Shown: in pieces, positions 1 to 9,093 of the stretch
Layout of the letters: each line of letters begins with the position of its first letter
Numbering within the stretch: position 1 is the first letter of the stretch
Assembly: GCA_016192455.1 (NCBI GenBank)
Contig: JACPUC010000026.1
Coordinates: 58,902 to 78,901 of the forward strand
DNA length: 20,000 bases
Direction of reading: 5' to 3'
From: Candidatus Tectimicrobiota bacterium
Lineage (GTDB): Bacteria; JACPUC01
Translations under genes and position numbers: made by a program
Notes under the pieces: model-generated
Seen by the model: only the letters and a program-made list of their open reading frames with translations
The model's database searches: none
What the model was told of the DNA's origin: nothing

Positions 1-2
1 CC

Positions 3-1673
3 GCCGTCAGCGGCGCCGCGGCCTCTGCTGCCGCGCAGGCTGCCGCGGCCAGGGTGAACGGCCACGGTCGCGGCGCCGCGCCGTCAGGAGCCGCGCCTGC
101 CGCATCGCCCCCGGCCGCCGCGGCGCAAAACGGCCAGGCCCGCAACGGCACCCGGCAGAACGGCAACGCGGCCAAACCCTCTCCGACCATCGAGGTCCCG
201 CTTGCCGAGGCGTCCCCCCCGCCGCCTGGTCCGAACCCCGGCGCCAGGCGGCTCATCATCGCCACCTGCGAGAAGGGGACGGTGGAAGACGTCAACGACA
301 TGCGCCGCATCAAGAAGGGCATCGACGCGATCAAGCGGGAAAACCCGAACTTCGCCGAGATCGCCGCCCAGGAGGTGTGGAAGTCTTGCACGCCCGCACA
401 GGTCGCCGATGCCGAGCCGCGTCTGGCGCTCAGAAGGAAGACGAGGGAGCGCGTCTCGGCAATGCGCCGGCGCGCCGGCCTCGTCATCGGCGTGCCGCGG
501 GTCCTCAACATGTACTCGACGATGCCGTTCTTCTCCGCCTACTTCGAAAGCCTCGGCATGCCGCACAAGAACCTCGTCTACTCCGATTTCACCACCGACC
601 GCCTCTACCGGGAGGGAGCGAAGCGCGGCGCCATCGACCCCTGTTTCCCGAGCAAGGTGGCGATCCCCCACATCCACAACCTCATCACCGAGCAGCACAG
701 GAAGAAGAAACTGCACCTCATCTTCTTCCCGATGATCGCCGATCTCCCCACCTTTCTCGTCGGCGTCCAGGGGAGCAACGCCTGTCCCACCGTCACCGCC
801 ACCCCGGCGACGGTGAAAGCCGCCTTCATCAAGGAGGGGGATGTCTTCGCCGAGCATGGCATCGCCTTCCTCAATCCCATCCTGAACCTGCGCGAACCGG
901 CACTCTGCGCTCGACAGCTCCTGCAGGAATTTGGTCCACGTTTTGGGCTCAGCCAGGAGGAAAATCGCCGCGCCGTCCAGGAGGGCTACGCCGCCCTGGA
1001 GCGTTTCAGCAACGGCACGTTACGCCGGCAAGCGCGCCAGACGCTCGACCGCCTCGTCGCCGAGGACCGCCTCGGCCTCGTGGTGCTCGCTCGGCCGTAC
1101 CACAACGATCCGGGCCTGAATCACGAGATTCTCGAAGAGTTCCAGAAGCTCGGCTACCCGGTCTTCACCATCGACTCACTCCCCCTCGATAAGGACCTCC
1201 TCGAGGAGCTTTTCGGGGCGGAGATCGCTGCCGGCGAGATTCCCCACGCCTTAAGCATCGCCGATGTCTGGAAGAACGCCTACAGCGAGAACACCAGCCG
1301 TAAGCTCTGGGCGGCGAAGTTCACGGCGCGCCACCCCAATCTCGTCGCCCTCGAGCTGTCGAACTTCAAGTGCGGCCACGACGCGCCCATCTACGCGGCC
1401 ATCGAGGAGATCATCGAGCGCTCCGGCACGCCTTACTTCTCCTTCAAGGATATCGACGAGAACAAGCCGGCCGGCTCGATCAAAATCCGCATCGAGACGA
1501 TCGCCTACTTCCTGCAGCGCTACCGGGAAGAACTGCTGCGCGAGAAGGCGAAGCGTGCCGAGATCGAGGCTCGTCTGCGCGCCTTCGAGGCGGAGCTGCG
1601 CGGCCGCGCGGACCACGTCCCGGCGGCGGAATCCCTGCGGGAGGATGAAGCCTGCCTCGCCGCGGCGGGCTGA
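3..1673 (+). CDS. C-terminal part of a 2-hydroxyacyl-CoA dehydratase activator-like / CoA-activase protein (DUF2229-type region); 5' end lies outside the window
   Basis: The frame is open from position 3 (AVSGAAASAAAQ...), so the GTG at 54 is probably not the true start. Motifs typical of these large activase proteins: ATCEKG, GVPRVLNMYS, DPCFPSK, ACPTV, LARPYHNDPGLNHEI, SNFKCGHDAP, DIDENKPAGSIKIRIETI. Confidence 0.85.
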   Translation, partial: AVSGAAASAAAQAAAARVNGHGRGAAPSGAAPAASPPAAAAQNGQARNGTRQNGNAAKPSPTIEVPLAEASPPPPGPNPGARRLIIATCEKGTVEDVNDMRRIKKGIDAIKRENPNFAEIAAQEVWKSCTPAQVADAEPRLALRRKTRERVSAMRRRAGLVIGVPRVLNMYSTMPFFSAYFESLGMPHKNLVYSDFTTDRLYREGAKRGAIDPCFPSKVAIPHIHNLITEQHRKKKLHLIFFPMIADLPTFLVGVQGSNACPTVTATPATVKAAFIKEGDVFAEHGIAFLNPILNLREPALCARQLLQEFGPRFGLSQEENRRAVQEGYAALERFSNGTLRRQARQTLDRLVAEDRLGLVVLARPYHNDPGLNHEILEEFQKLGYPVFTIDSLPLDKDLLEELFGAEIAAGEIPHALSIADVWKNAYSENTSRKLWAAKFTARHPNLVALELSNFKCGHDAPIYAAIEEIIERSGTPYFSFKDIDENKPAGSIKIRIETIAYFLQRYREELLREKAKRAEIEARLRAFEAELRGRADHVPAAESLREDEACLAAAG

Positions 1674-1730
1674 ACCCGACGCCGCATCCTCGCCCGGGAA
1701 GCCAGCATGTTCCTGCGAGCCGACAAGGTG

Positions 1731-1991
1731 ATGTTTGAGATTTACCGCGAGGCAAGCTACGCCGCCCGCTACCACGTCGTCTACTACACCGATCTCGACG
1801 AGCAGCAGCGCGACCGCGAGGTCAACCGGGCCCTCGCCGGCGATCATTTCACCAGCGGCTTCATCAGCAACCACCGCAAGGAGGAGGCAAAACAGATCAT
1901 CGCCGCCTTCGTGGCGCGGCTGAACGAAGCCGAGCCTCTCCAAACGGCGCAGCTCGCTGAAGCCCTGGCGGGGTTTCTCGCCCCCGTGTAG
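1731..1991 (+). CDS. Small hypothetical protein (~86 aa; alternative start at 1707)
   Basis: Protein-like composition (MFEIYRE...YHVVYYTDLDEQQRDREVNRALAGDHFTSGFI) and GC3-rich codons. It follows the activase gene on the same strand. The start choice is uncertain. Confidence 0.7.
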   Translation: MFEIYREASYAARYHVVYYTDLDEQQRDREVNRALAGDHFTSGFISNHRKEEAKQIIAAFVARLNEAEPLQTAQLAEALAGFLAPV

Positions 1992-2056
1992 CCTCTTGTT
2001 CCCAACACAGCCCCTCGGCATCCTGCGTAAACAGCAAAGCCCGAGAACGTTTGTCC

Positions 2057-2150
2057 TGGGGGATCATTGATCCCCCACACCCCCTCCTTACGCGAGTGCG
2101 CATGGCGCACTCGCGGGGACGGGGTGCGCGAGGGGGCATTGCTCCCTCGC
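2057..2150. repeat. Cluster of three short palindromes/hairpins (REP-like element) between convergent genes
   Basis: Arms: TGGGGGATCA/TGATCCCCCA (2057-2066/2068-2077), CGCGAGTGCGC/GCGCACTCGCG (2091-2101/2105-2115), GCGAGGGGGC/GCTCCCTCGC (2128-2137/2141-2150, one G-U pair). Confidence 0.6.
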
Positions 2151-2200
2151 ATCCTTCCCTTTCAAACGCCAAGACAATCCGTTGAGCGCTCGGCGCGGCG

Positions 2201-2992
2201 TTACCGCCTCGTCAGGCGGGTCATGCCGAGGTGCCAGTGGATGAGGCGGTTGGAGGCGAGTCGGAAGAGGAAGTTGAAGAGGTAGCCGATGCCGCCCAGG
2301 ATGATGATGCCGGCGAACATATCGAGGACGCGCATCTTGCGTTGCGCGTTGAGGATGAAGAAGCCGATGCCGTTCATGCCGCCGATCATCTCGGAGATGA
2401 CCATGAGGATGAGCGAGGTGGCCACGCTGATGCGCAGCCCGGTGACGATGACCGGCAGCGCCGCGGGCAGGATCACGTAGCGCAGGAGCTGCATCGGCGA
2501 GGCGCCGAGGGTGCGCGCCGTGTGCACGAGGACGGCGTCGATGCCGCGCACGCCGTCGATGGTGTTGAGGAGGATCGGCCAGACGCAGGCGAGGAAGATG
2601 ATGAAGACCTTCATCTGCCAGCCCAGCCCCAGGAAGAGGATGATCACCGGGATGAGGGCTACGATCGGCATGGGGCGCAGCATCTCCATGAACGGCTCGA
2701 CGACCTCGTAGACGACGCGGTAGTAGCCCATGACGATGCCCAGGCTGATGGCGAAGAGTGCCGCGATGAGGTAGGCCGAGAGGCTGCGCGCCAAGCTGAT
2801 CGCCACCTGCGCCAGGATGTCGCCGGCCGTCAGCAGCTTGCCAAGGTACGTCAGGATCAAGCTGACGCGCGGGAAGAGGAGGGTGTTGACCATCTCGGCG
2901 CGCGCCAGGACCTCCCACAGGGCGAGGAGCCCCAGCAAGAAGAGGTAGCCCCACAGCCGCGACTCCGCTTGCAGTCGCCCCGGCCCCCTCAT
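2201..2992 (-). CDS. ABC transporter permease, SsuC/TauC family
   Basis: Multiple hydrophobic helices and the motifs LRPMPIVALIP, NTIDGVRGID, ARTLGAS..VILPAALP (EAA loop), SEMIGG..GIGFFI. The ATG at 2992 overlaps the upstream permease stop (ATGA). Confidence 0.93.
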   Translation of the reverse strand: MRGPGRLQAESRLWGYLFLLGLLALWEVLARAEMVNTLLFPRVSLILTYLGKLLTAGDILAQVAISLARSLSAYLIAALFAISLGIVMGYYRVVYEVVEPFMEMLRPMPIVALIPVIILFLGLGWQMKVFIIFLACVWPILLNTIDGVRGIDAVLVHTARTLGASPMQLLRYVILPAALPVIVTGLRISVATSLILMVISEMIGGMNGIGFFILNAQRKMRVLDMFAGIIILGGIGYLFNFLFRLASNRLIHWHLGMTRLTRR

Positions 2993-3765
2993 CGCGCCTC
3001 CCGCTTCTTCGAGCCGTAGTACCACGCCATCGCCCGGCCTTCCAGGGAGACGAACGTCTTATTGAGCAGGTAGCCGAGCAGCGCCAGCACCAGCACCGCG
3101 CCGAACATCTCGGCCACCTCGAAGTTGCGCGCCGTCTCCAAGATGTAGAAACCGATGCCATCCACCGCCGCGATCATCTCCGAGGTGACGACCAGGATGA
3201 GCGCGATTCCCAGGCTGATGCGCAGGCCCGTCACCATCTGCGGCGAGGCCGCGCGCAGGATGACCTTCAGGAGGAGTTGCCGCTCGCTGGCGCCGAAAGT
3301 GTGCGCCGTGTGGATGAGGACCGGCTCGGCGCCGCGCACGCCGTCGATGGTGTTGAGGAGGATCGGCCAGGTGCAGGCGTAGACGGTGATGGCGATGCGC
3401 ATGCTCTCGTCAATGCCAAAGATGAGGATGGCAATGGGGATCATCGCCGGCGTGGGGAGGGGGCGGAGCAGCTCGATCGGCGGCTCGAAGAGGTGGAAGA
3501 GCCAGCGCCAGCGACCCAGCAGAACCCCGCCGGTCAAGCCGATGAAGGCCGCCAGGGCGTAGGCTTTCAGGAACGTTGCAAGGCTCGACCCGAGGTGGCG
3601 CGGGAGCTCGCCCTGGGCGATGCTCTGCACCGCGGTAGGGAAGATGAGCGACAGGGGCGGGAAGAATTCCGTCAGCTCCGGGTTTCCGCGCGCTCCCAGC
3701 TCCCAGGCAGCGACGCAGAGGGCGAAGAGGAGCGTTCGGAGCAGGTAGACCCACAGCTTCCTCAT
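2989..3765 (-). CDS. ABC transporter permease, SsuC/TauC family
   Basis: Motifs LRPLPTPAMIP, NTIDGVRG, TFGAS..VILRAASP, SEMIAAVDGIGFYI. Paralogous to the adjacent permease. Confidence 0.93.
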   Translation of the reverse strand: MRKLWVYLLRTLLFALCVAAWELGARGNPELTEFFPPLSLIFPTAVQSIAQGELPRHLGSSLATFLKAYALAAFIGLTGGVLLGRWRWLFHLFEPPIELLRPLPTPAMIPIAILIFGIDESMRIAITVYACTWPILLNTIDGVRGAEPVLIHTAHTFGASERQLLLKVILRAASPQMVTGLRISLGIALILVVTSEMIAAVDGIGFYILETARNFEVAEMFGAVLVLALLGYLLNKTFVSLEGRAMAWYYGSKKREAR

Positions 3766-3823
3766 CCCTGCTGCTCCGGCATCTCGCCCATCCCTCCCGC
3801 CCGCACCGCGAACCTTCCGCTCC

Positions 3824-4612
3824 CTACGCCGGGCTCTGCTCGGAGAAGGTGCGCATCATCTCGTAGATGCGCGTGCGATGCTCGACGAACTCCGGATGAC
3901 TGCGGGTGCGCACCTGGTCGCGCGGGCGGCGCAGCCCGACGGCGCGCTCCTCGACAATCTCGCTCGGCCGCCGACCGCTTACCAGAACACGGTCCGAGAG
4001 GTAGATCGCTTCATCGATGTCGTGCGTCACGAAGAGGATCGTGATGGCGAACTCCTGCCACAGCATGAGCAGGGAGTCTTCCAGCTCGAAGCGCATCTGC
4101 GCATCCACGGAGCCGAACGGCTCGTCCATGAGGAGAATTTCAGGCTTGCAGGCCAGCGCCCGGGCGATGGCAACGCGCTGCTGCATGCCGCCGGAGAGTT
4201 CCCAGGGGTAACGCCCGGCGAAGTCGCTCAAGCCGACGACCTTCAGGAGACGCTCGAGGTGGTGGCGATTGCCCTCTGGAAATGTCAGCTTCTTGATCTC
4301 CAGCCCGAAGGAGATGTTCTGCAGCACCGTGCGCCACGGCATCAGTGACTTGTTGTACTCCTGGAAGACCAGGATGAGGTTATCCGGTGGCCCCGCCACC
4401 GCTTGGCCGTCCAGCAGCACCACACCTTGCGAGGGGCGCAGCAGCCCGGCGAGGCACATGAGCATCGTCGTCTTGCCGCAGCCGCTCGGTCCGACGAGGG
4501 AGATGAACTCACCCTGATTGACCGAGAAGCTGAGATCACGGATGGCGAGCACATCGCCCCGCTTCGCATCACGGTAGGTGTGCCGCAGGTTCCTGACCTC
4601 GAGCAACGGCAT
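3824..4612 (-). CDS. ABC transporter ATP-binding protein, SsuB/TauB family
   Basis: Walker A GPSGCGKTT, signature LSGGMQQR, Walker B LLMDEPF, switch VTHD. The ATG at 4612 has AGGAG 6 nt upstream (the ORF track starts at TTG 4660). Confidence 0.95.
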   Translation of the reverse strand: MPLLEVRNLRHTYRDAKRGDVLAIRDLSFSVNQGEFISLVGPSGCGKTTMLMCLAGLLRPSQGVVLLDGQAVAGPPDNLILVFQEYNKSLMPWRTVLQNISFGLEIKKLTFPEGNRHHLERLLKVVGLSDFAGRYPWELSGGMQQRVAIARALACKPEILLMDEPFGSVDAQMRFELEDSLLMLWQEFAITILFVTHDIDEAIYLSDRVLVSGRRPSEIVEERAVGLRRPRDQVRTRSHPEFVEHRTRIYEMMRTFSEQSPA

Positions 4613-4737
4613 CCGCATCTCCTGGCCGAGGGCCGCTTCCGAGAGGGTGGGGGAGGGCAAGGACCCCCCACAACAACCCCCCAGCCAATTTCATCTCCGC
4701 CGCATCGAACTACTCTCATGGCGAGGCCGGCGACAGG

Positions 4738-5691
4738 TCACCAGGGCGCGCCGCTGACGGGGTTCTCCAAGGTGCCGATCTTCTCCACCACCACCTGCAC
4801 CACATCGCCGGGTTTCAGGAAGATCGGCGGATTGCGCATGCCGCCGACCCCCTCAGGCGTGCCGGTGGAGATGACGTCACCCGGCTCCAGGGTGAACCGC
4901 TCGCTGATGAAGGAGACGATTCGGTCAATGGGAAAGATCATCTGACGGGTGTTGGAGTCCTGTATCGCCATGCCGTTGAGGAAGCCCTGAATCCTGAGGT
5001 TCTGCGGCTCCCCGACCTCATCCTTCGTCACCAGCCACGGGCCCAGCGGGGCGAAGGTGTCGAGCGACTTGTTGAGGAGCCACTGACCCCGCTCGCGGTG
5101 GACCTCGCGCGCGCTCACGTCATTGAGCAGCGTGTAGCCGACGATGTGCTCGTAGGCCCGTTCAGCGGGGATGTCACGGCCTCCCCTGCCGATCACCACG
5201 GCCAGCTCGGCCTCCCAGTCCAGCCGTTGGGTGAAGCGCGGCATCCGGATGGGCGCCCCTGGACCAATGACGACGCTGGGGAACTTCGTCAGCAGCACCG
5301 GCTGCTCCGGCTCGCCGCCGCCGCTTTCCACCGCGTGGCCGCGGTAGTTGAATCCCAGGAGGAGGAGCTTACGCGGCCGCGGCAGCGGAGCGCAGAGAGT
5401 AACTTCCGCAAGTTCGTAGAGGAGGCCCTCGCGGCGGAGCGCCTCGGCGGAGGAGGATAGACGCTCCCCCACGCGGGCCACCGCGGCGCGCGCGGCAGCC
5501 AGGCTCTCCTCGCCGCCGTCGAGGAGCTCCACCATATCCTGCGGCAAAAGCAGCGCGGCACGTTGGGCGGCGCGCCCCACTCCCCGTTCCATGAGGAGGA
5601 AAGAATACGCACGGCAGAGATCAACAACGTGGCCGTCGACGAGAGCGCCGATCCGCCGCTCCACCCCCCGCTCGTAGGTGATGAGCTTCAC
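4738..5691 (-). CDS. Fumarylacetoacetate hydrolase (FAH) family protein
   Basis: Motifs G.NY..H, LDWEAELAVVIG, GYTLLNDVSAR, KSLDTFAPLGPW, LEPGDVISTGTPEGVG. GGAGGGG RBS upstream. Confidence 0.93.
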   Translation of the reverse strand: MKLITYERGVERRIGALVDGHVVDLCRAYSFLLMERGVGRAAQRAALLLPQDMVELLDGGEESLAAARAAVARVGERLSSSAEALRREGLLYELAEVTLCAPLPRPRKLLLLGFNYRGHAVESGGGEPEQPVLLTKFPSVVIGPGAPIRMPRFTQRLDWEAELAVVIGRGGRDIPAERAYEHIVGYTLLNDVSAREVHRERGQWLLNKSLDTFAPLGPWLVTKDEVGEPQNLRIQGFLNGMAIQDSNTRQMIFPIDRIVSFISERFTLEPGDVISTGTPEGVGGMRNPPIFLKPGDVVQVVVEKIGTLENPVSGAPW

Positions 5692-5712
5692 CGGCGTCCC
5701 CTCCCCCCTGCC

Positions 5713-6699
5713 TCAGTCGCTGCTCGTGGTGGCGAAGGGACTGATGAACCTCGCGACCTCCACCTTTTTGTCGATGACGCCGTACTTCGTCATCATGTCG
5801 GCGAGGTTCTGCAGGACCTCCTTGGAGACGCCCTTCGTGAACTCTGGCAGGGCGATCTTGCTGGCCAGGGCCGGCTGCAGGCGGGTGAACTTGGTGAGCA
5901 TGTCGCGCGTCTCGCTGGGGTGCGCGTTCACCCAGTCCACGCCGCGGTTGTAGGCCCGGATGACGCGCTTCATGAGCTCGGCGTTCTGCGCGGCATACTC
6001 CCGCATCACCGAGTAGGCGCTGATGTGCCAGCGGGGCGCCACCTCCCGCATATGGTAGGCGAAGACCCGCGTCTTCGGCGCCAGGATCGTCAGGAACGGC
6101 TCGATTGGCATGATGGCGTCGACCTGTTTGCTCATCAGCGCCCCACCCATCTGCGGAAACGGAATCTCCACGATCTTCACCTTCTTCCCATCCGCTCCGC
6201 GCGCCGCCATCCACTCGTAGAGGCCAAGGTCGAGGGCTCCCCCCACCCCGGCGGTGGAGATCACCTTTCCCTCGAGATCGGCGGCGTTCTTCAGTGGCGA
6301 GTCCTGGCGCACGAGGATCGCCGCGATCGGCGTGTCAGGGCCGTAGAGCGACGAGTCGCTCAGGATGTCCACCGGGAAGCCGTTGGCGTGCGCCGAGATG
6401 ATCGCCGTGGTGCCGTGCACGCCGAACTGCAGCGAGCCGGCGATGAGCGCCGGCACCACCGCGCCGCCGGTCGCCATGGTGACGAGCTTCGGCTCGATGC
6501 CGGCGTCCTTGAAATACCCCTGCTCGATGGTTGCGAAGAGCGGGCTTGCTCCCGCAACGGGGAGGTAGCCGATCTTCACCTCGGTGGCGGCGTCGGCCGG
6601 TGCCGCCGCGATCCCTGCGGTTCCCAGGGCCAGCAGACCGAGCACGAGCAACCTCACCACGCTCGCTGGGCTGCGAAGGCCCCTGCGATTCTGCTCCAT
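5713..6699 (-). CDS. ABC transporter substrate-binding protein, SsuA/NMT1 (THI5)-like
   Basis: Signal peptide ending in ADA-A, then VKIGYLP, EQGYFKDAGIE, DSPLKNAADLEGK, VDAI..IEPF. The ATG at 6699 is preceded by AGGAGAG. Confidence 0.9.
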   Translation of the reverse strand: MEQNRRGLRSPASVVRLLVLGLLALGTAGIAAAPADAATEVKIGYLPVAGASPLFATIEQGYFKDAGIEPKLVTMATGGAVVPALIAGSLQFGVHGTTAIISAHANGFPVDILSDSSLYGPDTPIAAILVRQDSPLKNAADLEGKVISTAGVGGALDLGLYEWMAARGADGKKVKIVEIPFPQMGGALMSKQVDAIMPIEPFLTILAPKTRVFAYHMREVAPRWHISAYSVMREYAAQNAELMKRVIRAYNRGVDWVNAHPSETRDMLTKFTRLQPALASKIALPEFTKGVSKEVLQNLADMMTKYGVIDKKVEVARFISPFATTSSD

Positions 6700-6809
6700 T
6701 GCTCTCTCCTCTCCAAGCAGCGGCGGCACGTCCAGGCTCCGGGGAGCGCCTCTCCGGCAGAGGTGGAACGCAACACGCTCTGATGGACTCTCCTCCGCCC
6801 GCCATCGGC

Positions 6810-8546
6810 TCACGGCGTTGCCGATGCGGCGCGCAGCTCCTCCCCCAGGTCAGTGCCGGGGGCAGCGAAGGACACCTTGCCGTTGCTGACCGTCACGACA
6901 GGGCGAAGGCGGGGGAGATCATCCTCGGCGACGGTAAGAGGATTCTCATCAAGCACCACGAAATCCGCAAGCATCCCGGCTGCCAGCCTGCCGAGCTCGT
7001 TCTCCCTGCCGCACAGGTAGGCGCCATCCGCGGTCATCGCCCGCAGCGCTTCCCACGGACGCAGGCGCTGGCGCGGCCCGAGCACCGCCCCGCTCATGCG
7101 CTCCCGGCGCGTGACGGCGCTCCACATGACGGCAAAGGGGTTGACCGGACAGTTGTCGGTCCCCATGGCGAAATGCACGCCATGCTCGAGCAGCGAGCGG
7201 TGCGGCACGATCTCCTGCTCCTCCTCCGGAAGGCCAGCGTACTTCTCGGCATCTTTCCAAAGGAAGGCGAACGGCACGGTGGTGACGACCACGTCCTGCG
7301 CCTGCATCTTGCGCATCGCCGCCTCCGATGGCTTGCGCAGGTGAACGAGGACATGCCGCAGCGGTTGCGCCCGCGGCAGGCGCCGCGCCACGCCCTCCCA
7401 GATTTCCAGCAGGCGGTCCGATTTCCAGCCCTCGATCGTGTTGATGCGCTGCCCGTAGCGCACGGCCACCTCGGCGAAGCGCTCATACTCCTCCTCTTCC
7501 AGGAGGTGCGGCAGGAATCCGGCCCAGCCGGTGTACGGGAGGTAGCCGCGCAAGAGGTCGATGAGCGCTCGGTTCCCGACAATGGGGAGGAAGAGGCCAT
7601 CGACGCGGAGCCAGTGGTTGGCCGCTTCGAGGGAATGCGGCCCGCCCTGCGCGTCGGCAAGCTCGCGCGCGGCTTCCTCCGGAGAGTCCCACGGCGCCGA
7701 GCGCACGAGGTGGCAACGCAGCCGCATCTCCTCCGGGGTGAGCCGGGCGTAGGCATCGAGCAGCTCGGGCGCCAGGCCATGCCCTTCGTAGACCGTCGTG
7801 ACCCCGGCCTCGGCATAGCGCGCCATGGACCGCCGCAGGCCCTCGACGCGGTCCGCCAGCGAGAAGCGCGGCACCTGCGGCATCATCGTCAGCTCCACGA
7901 GGGGGAAGTAGTTCTGCTCCCGAAACACGCCGGTGGGCTCGCGGCGCTGCTCATCGAGTTCGATGGTGATGGTCGCCAGGGGGGGCCGGGTCTGGGCGGT
8001 GATGCCGCAAAGCTGCAGGGCGCGGCTGTTGGCAATGGAGACGATCGGCGGCTTCGTCCAGAAGCCCCATGGAGCCCGGATGTAGACCGGATGGTCCGGC
8101 GCCGCGGCGTCGAGGTCCCGGCGCGTCGGCCAGCGGCCTTCCGCCAGGCCCTCGAGAGGATTGAAGTAGAACGGCGGCTCCCCCAGCGGCATGGTGATGA
8201 TCCAGCTTCCCGCCGGGCGGCGCTTCGCCTCCGAAGCGATCCGCTGCTGGACCTCGGCAATGCTGCGCACGCCGGTCAGCGAGGGGAAGAGCTCCTTGAG
8301 GCCCTCGCGGTCCAGGTGCGCGTGCGCATCGACGAAGCCCGGAACCACCGTGCGGCCCTGCAGATCAAGGCACCGGGTCGACGCAGGGAGATGCTGCCGC
8401 AGCTCCTCGAAGCGACCGACGGCGACGATACGCCCGCCGCGCACGGCGATGGCTTCCGCCTGCGCCGCGGCTTGATCCATGGTGATGATGGCGCCGCGGT
8501 GGAGAATAAAGCCGGCCGTTGCTTGAGCTTGGACTGCATGATTCAT
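6810..8546 (-). CDS. Amidohydrolase-3 family (YtcJ-like) metallohydrolase
   Basis: Motifs AEAIAVRGGRIVAVG, DLQGRTVVPGFVDAHAH (HxH), PTRRDLD, GEPTG-like EPTGVFRE, GTD..P, G.L..G.LADFVVLD. The ATG at 8546 has GGAGG upstream. Confidence 0.9.
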   Translation of the reverse strand: MNHAVQAQATAGFILHRGAIITMDQAAAQAEAIAVRGGRIVAVGRFEELRQHLPASTRCLDLQGRTVVPGFVDAHAHLDREGLKELFPSLTGVRSIAEVQQRIASEAKRRPAGSWIITMPLGEPPFYFNPLEGLAEGRWPTRRDLDAAAPDHPVYIRAPWGFWTKPPIVSIANSRALQLCGITAQTRPPLATITIELDEQRREPTGVFREQNYFPLVELTMMPQVPRFSLADRVEGLRRSMARYAEAGVTTVYEGHGLAPELLDAYARLTPEEMRLRCHLVRSAPWDSPEEAARELADAQGGPHSLEAANHWLRVDGLFLPIVGNRALIDLLRGYLPYTGWAGFLPHLLEEEEYERFAEVAVRYGQRINTIEGWKSDRLLEIWEGVARRLPRAQPLRHVLVHLRKPSEAAMRKMQAQDVVVTTVPFAFLWKDAEKYAGLPEEEQEIVPHRSLLEHGVHFAMGTDNCPVNPFAVMWSAVTRRERMSGAVLGPRQRLRPWEALRAMTADGAYLCGRENELGRLAAGMLADFVVLDENPLTVAEDDLPRLRPVVTVSNGKVSFAAPGTDLGEELRAASATP

Positions 8547-8683
8547 CCGGCCAGGCCTCCCCTTCCGGCGCAGTCGTCGTTCCATGGCGGCGGGAGCAGC
8601 GCTCCAGCGAGCGCCTGGTCGCCCTCCTCCTGCACCTTACAGACGATGGAGAGAAGGAAGCCCGGCGCCGCGGTGCTTGCCAC
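8543..8683 (-). CDS. Possible 46-aa small ORF coupled to the amidohydrolase
   Basis: GGAGG lies 7 nt before GTG (8683), and the TGA overlaps the amidohydrolase ATG (ATGA). No recognisable homology. Confidence 0.25.
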   Translation of the reverse strand: MASTAAPGFLLSIVCKVQEEGDQALAGALLPPPWNDDCAGRGGLAG

Positions 8684-9064
8684 ATCGTCTCCTCCATGCT
8701 ACAGGATGCGGGGTAGTGGACGTCGGGATTACGGGAGGGGGGGGTTGTTTCGTCCTGGCCTGCCCCTCGCGGCATCACTTCTGCCAGGCCCGCACGATGG
8801 ACAGGCCGTTCTTTACGTCAGCACAAGTCAATATGGCCTCCAGCGGACGGCGCGGCCAGCCTTGCGCCGGCGCAGGTTCCGGTACCGTACTCCGTTCCAC
8901 GATCTGGATCAAGGGGATCCAGCGTTCACACATCCTCGAACGCGAATACCTCCAAGCCACTGCCGCCGCCAGCCGGCTTCTCCCGCTCCTCTGCCGGCGG
9001 AGCACCGTGCCCACCGGCATCGCGCGCTGGCGGCAACCTCGGGGGTGCGCGGATGGTTCGCTCT

Positions 9065-9093
9065 TTCCGAAGAAGGTGCGAAGCTGCTACAAT
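9065..9093 (+). promoter_or_regulatory. Candidate extended -10 sigma-70 promoter
   Basis: TGcTACAAT at 9085-9093, with a weak -35 (TTCCGA, 9065-9070) 17 bp before the -10. It points toward the PAP2-like gene. Confidence 0.35.

Noticed and set aside
2020-2060. GCAAAGC segment suggesting a c-di-GMP-I riboswitch
   Set aside because: The rest of the GEMM motif is missing, and the site lies between two gene 3' ends.
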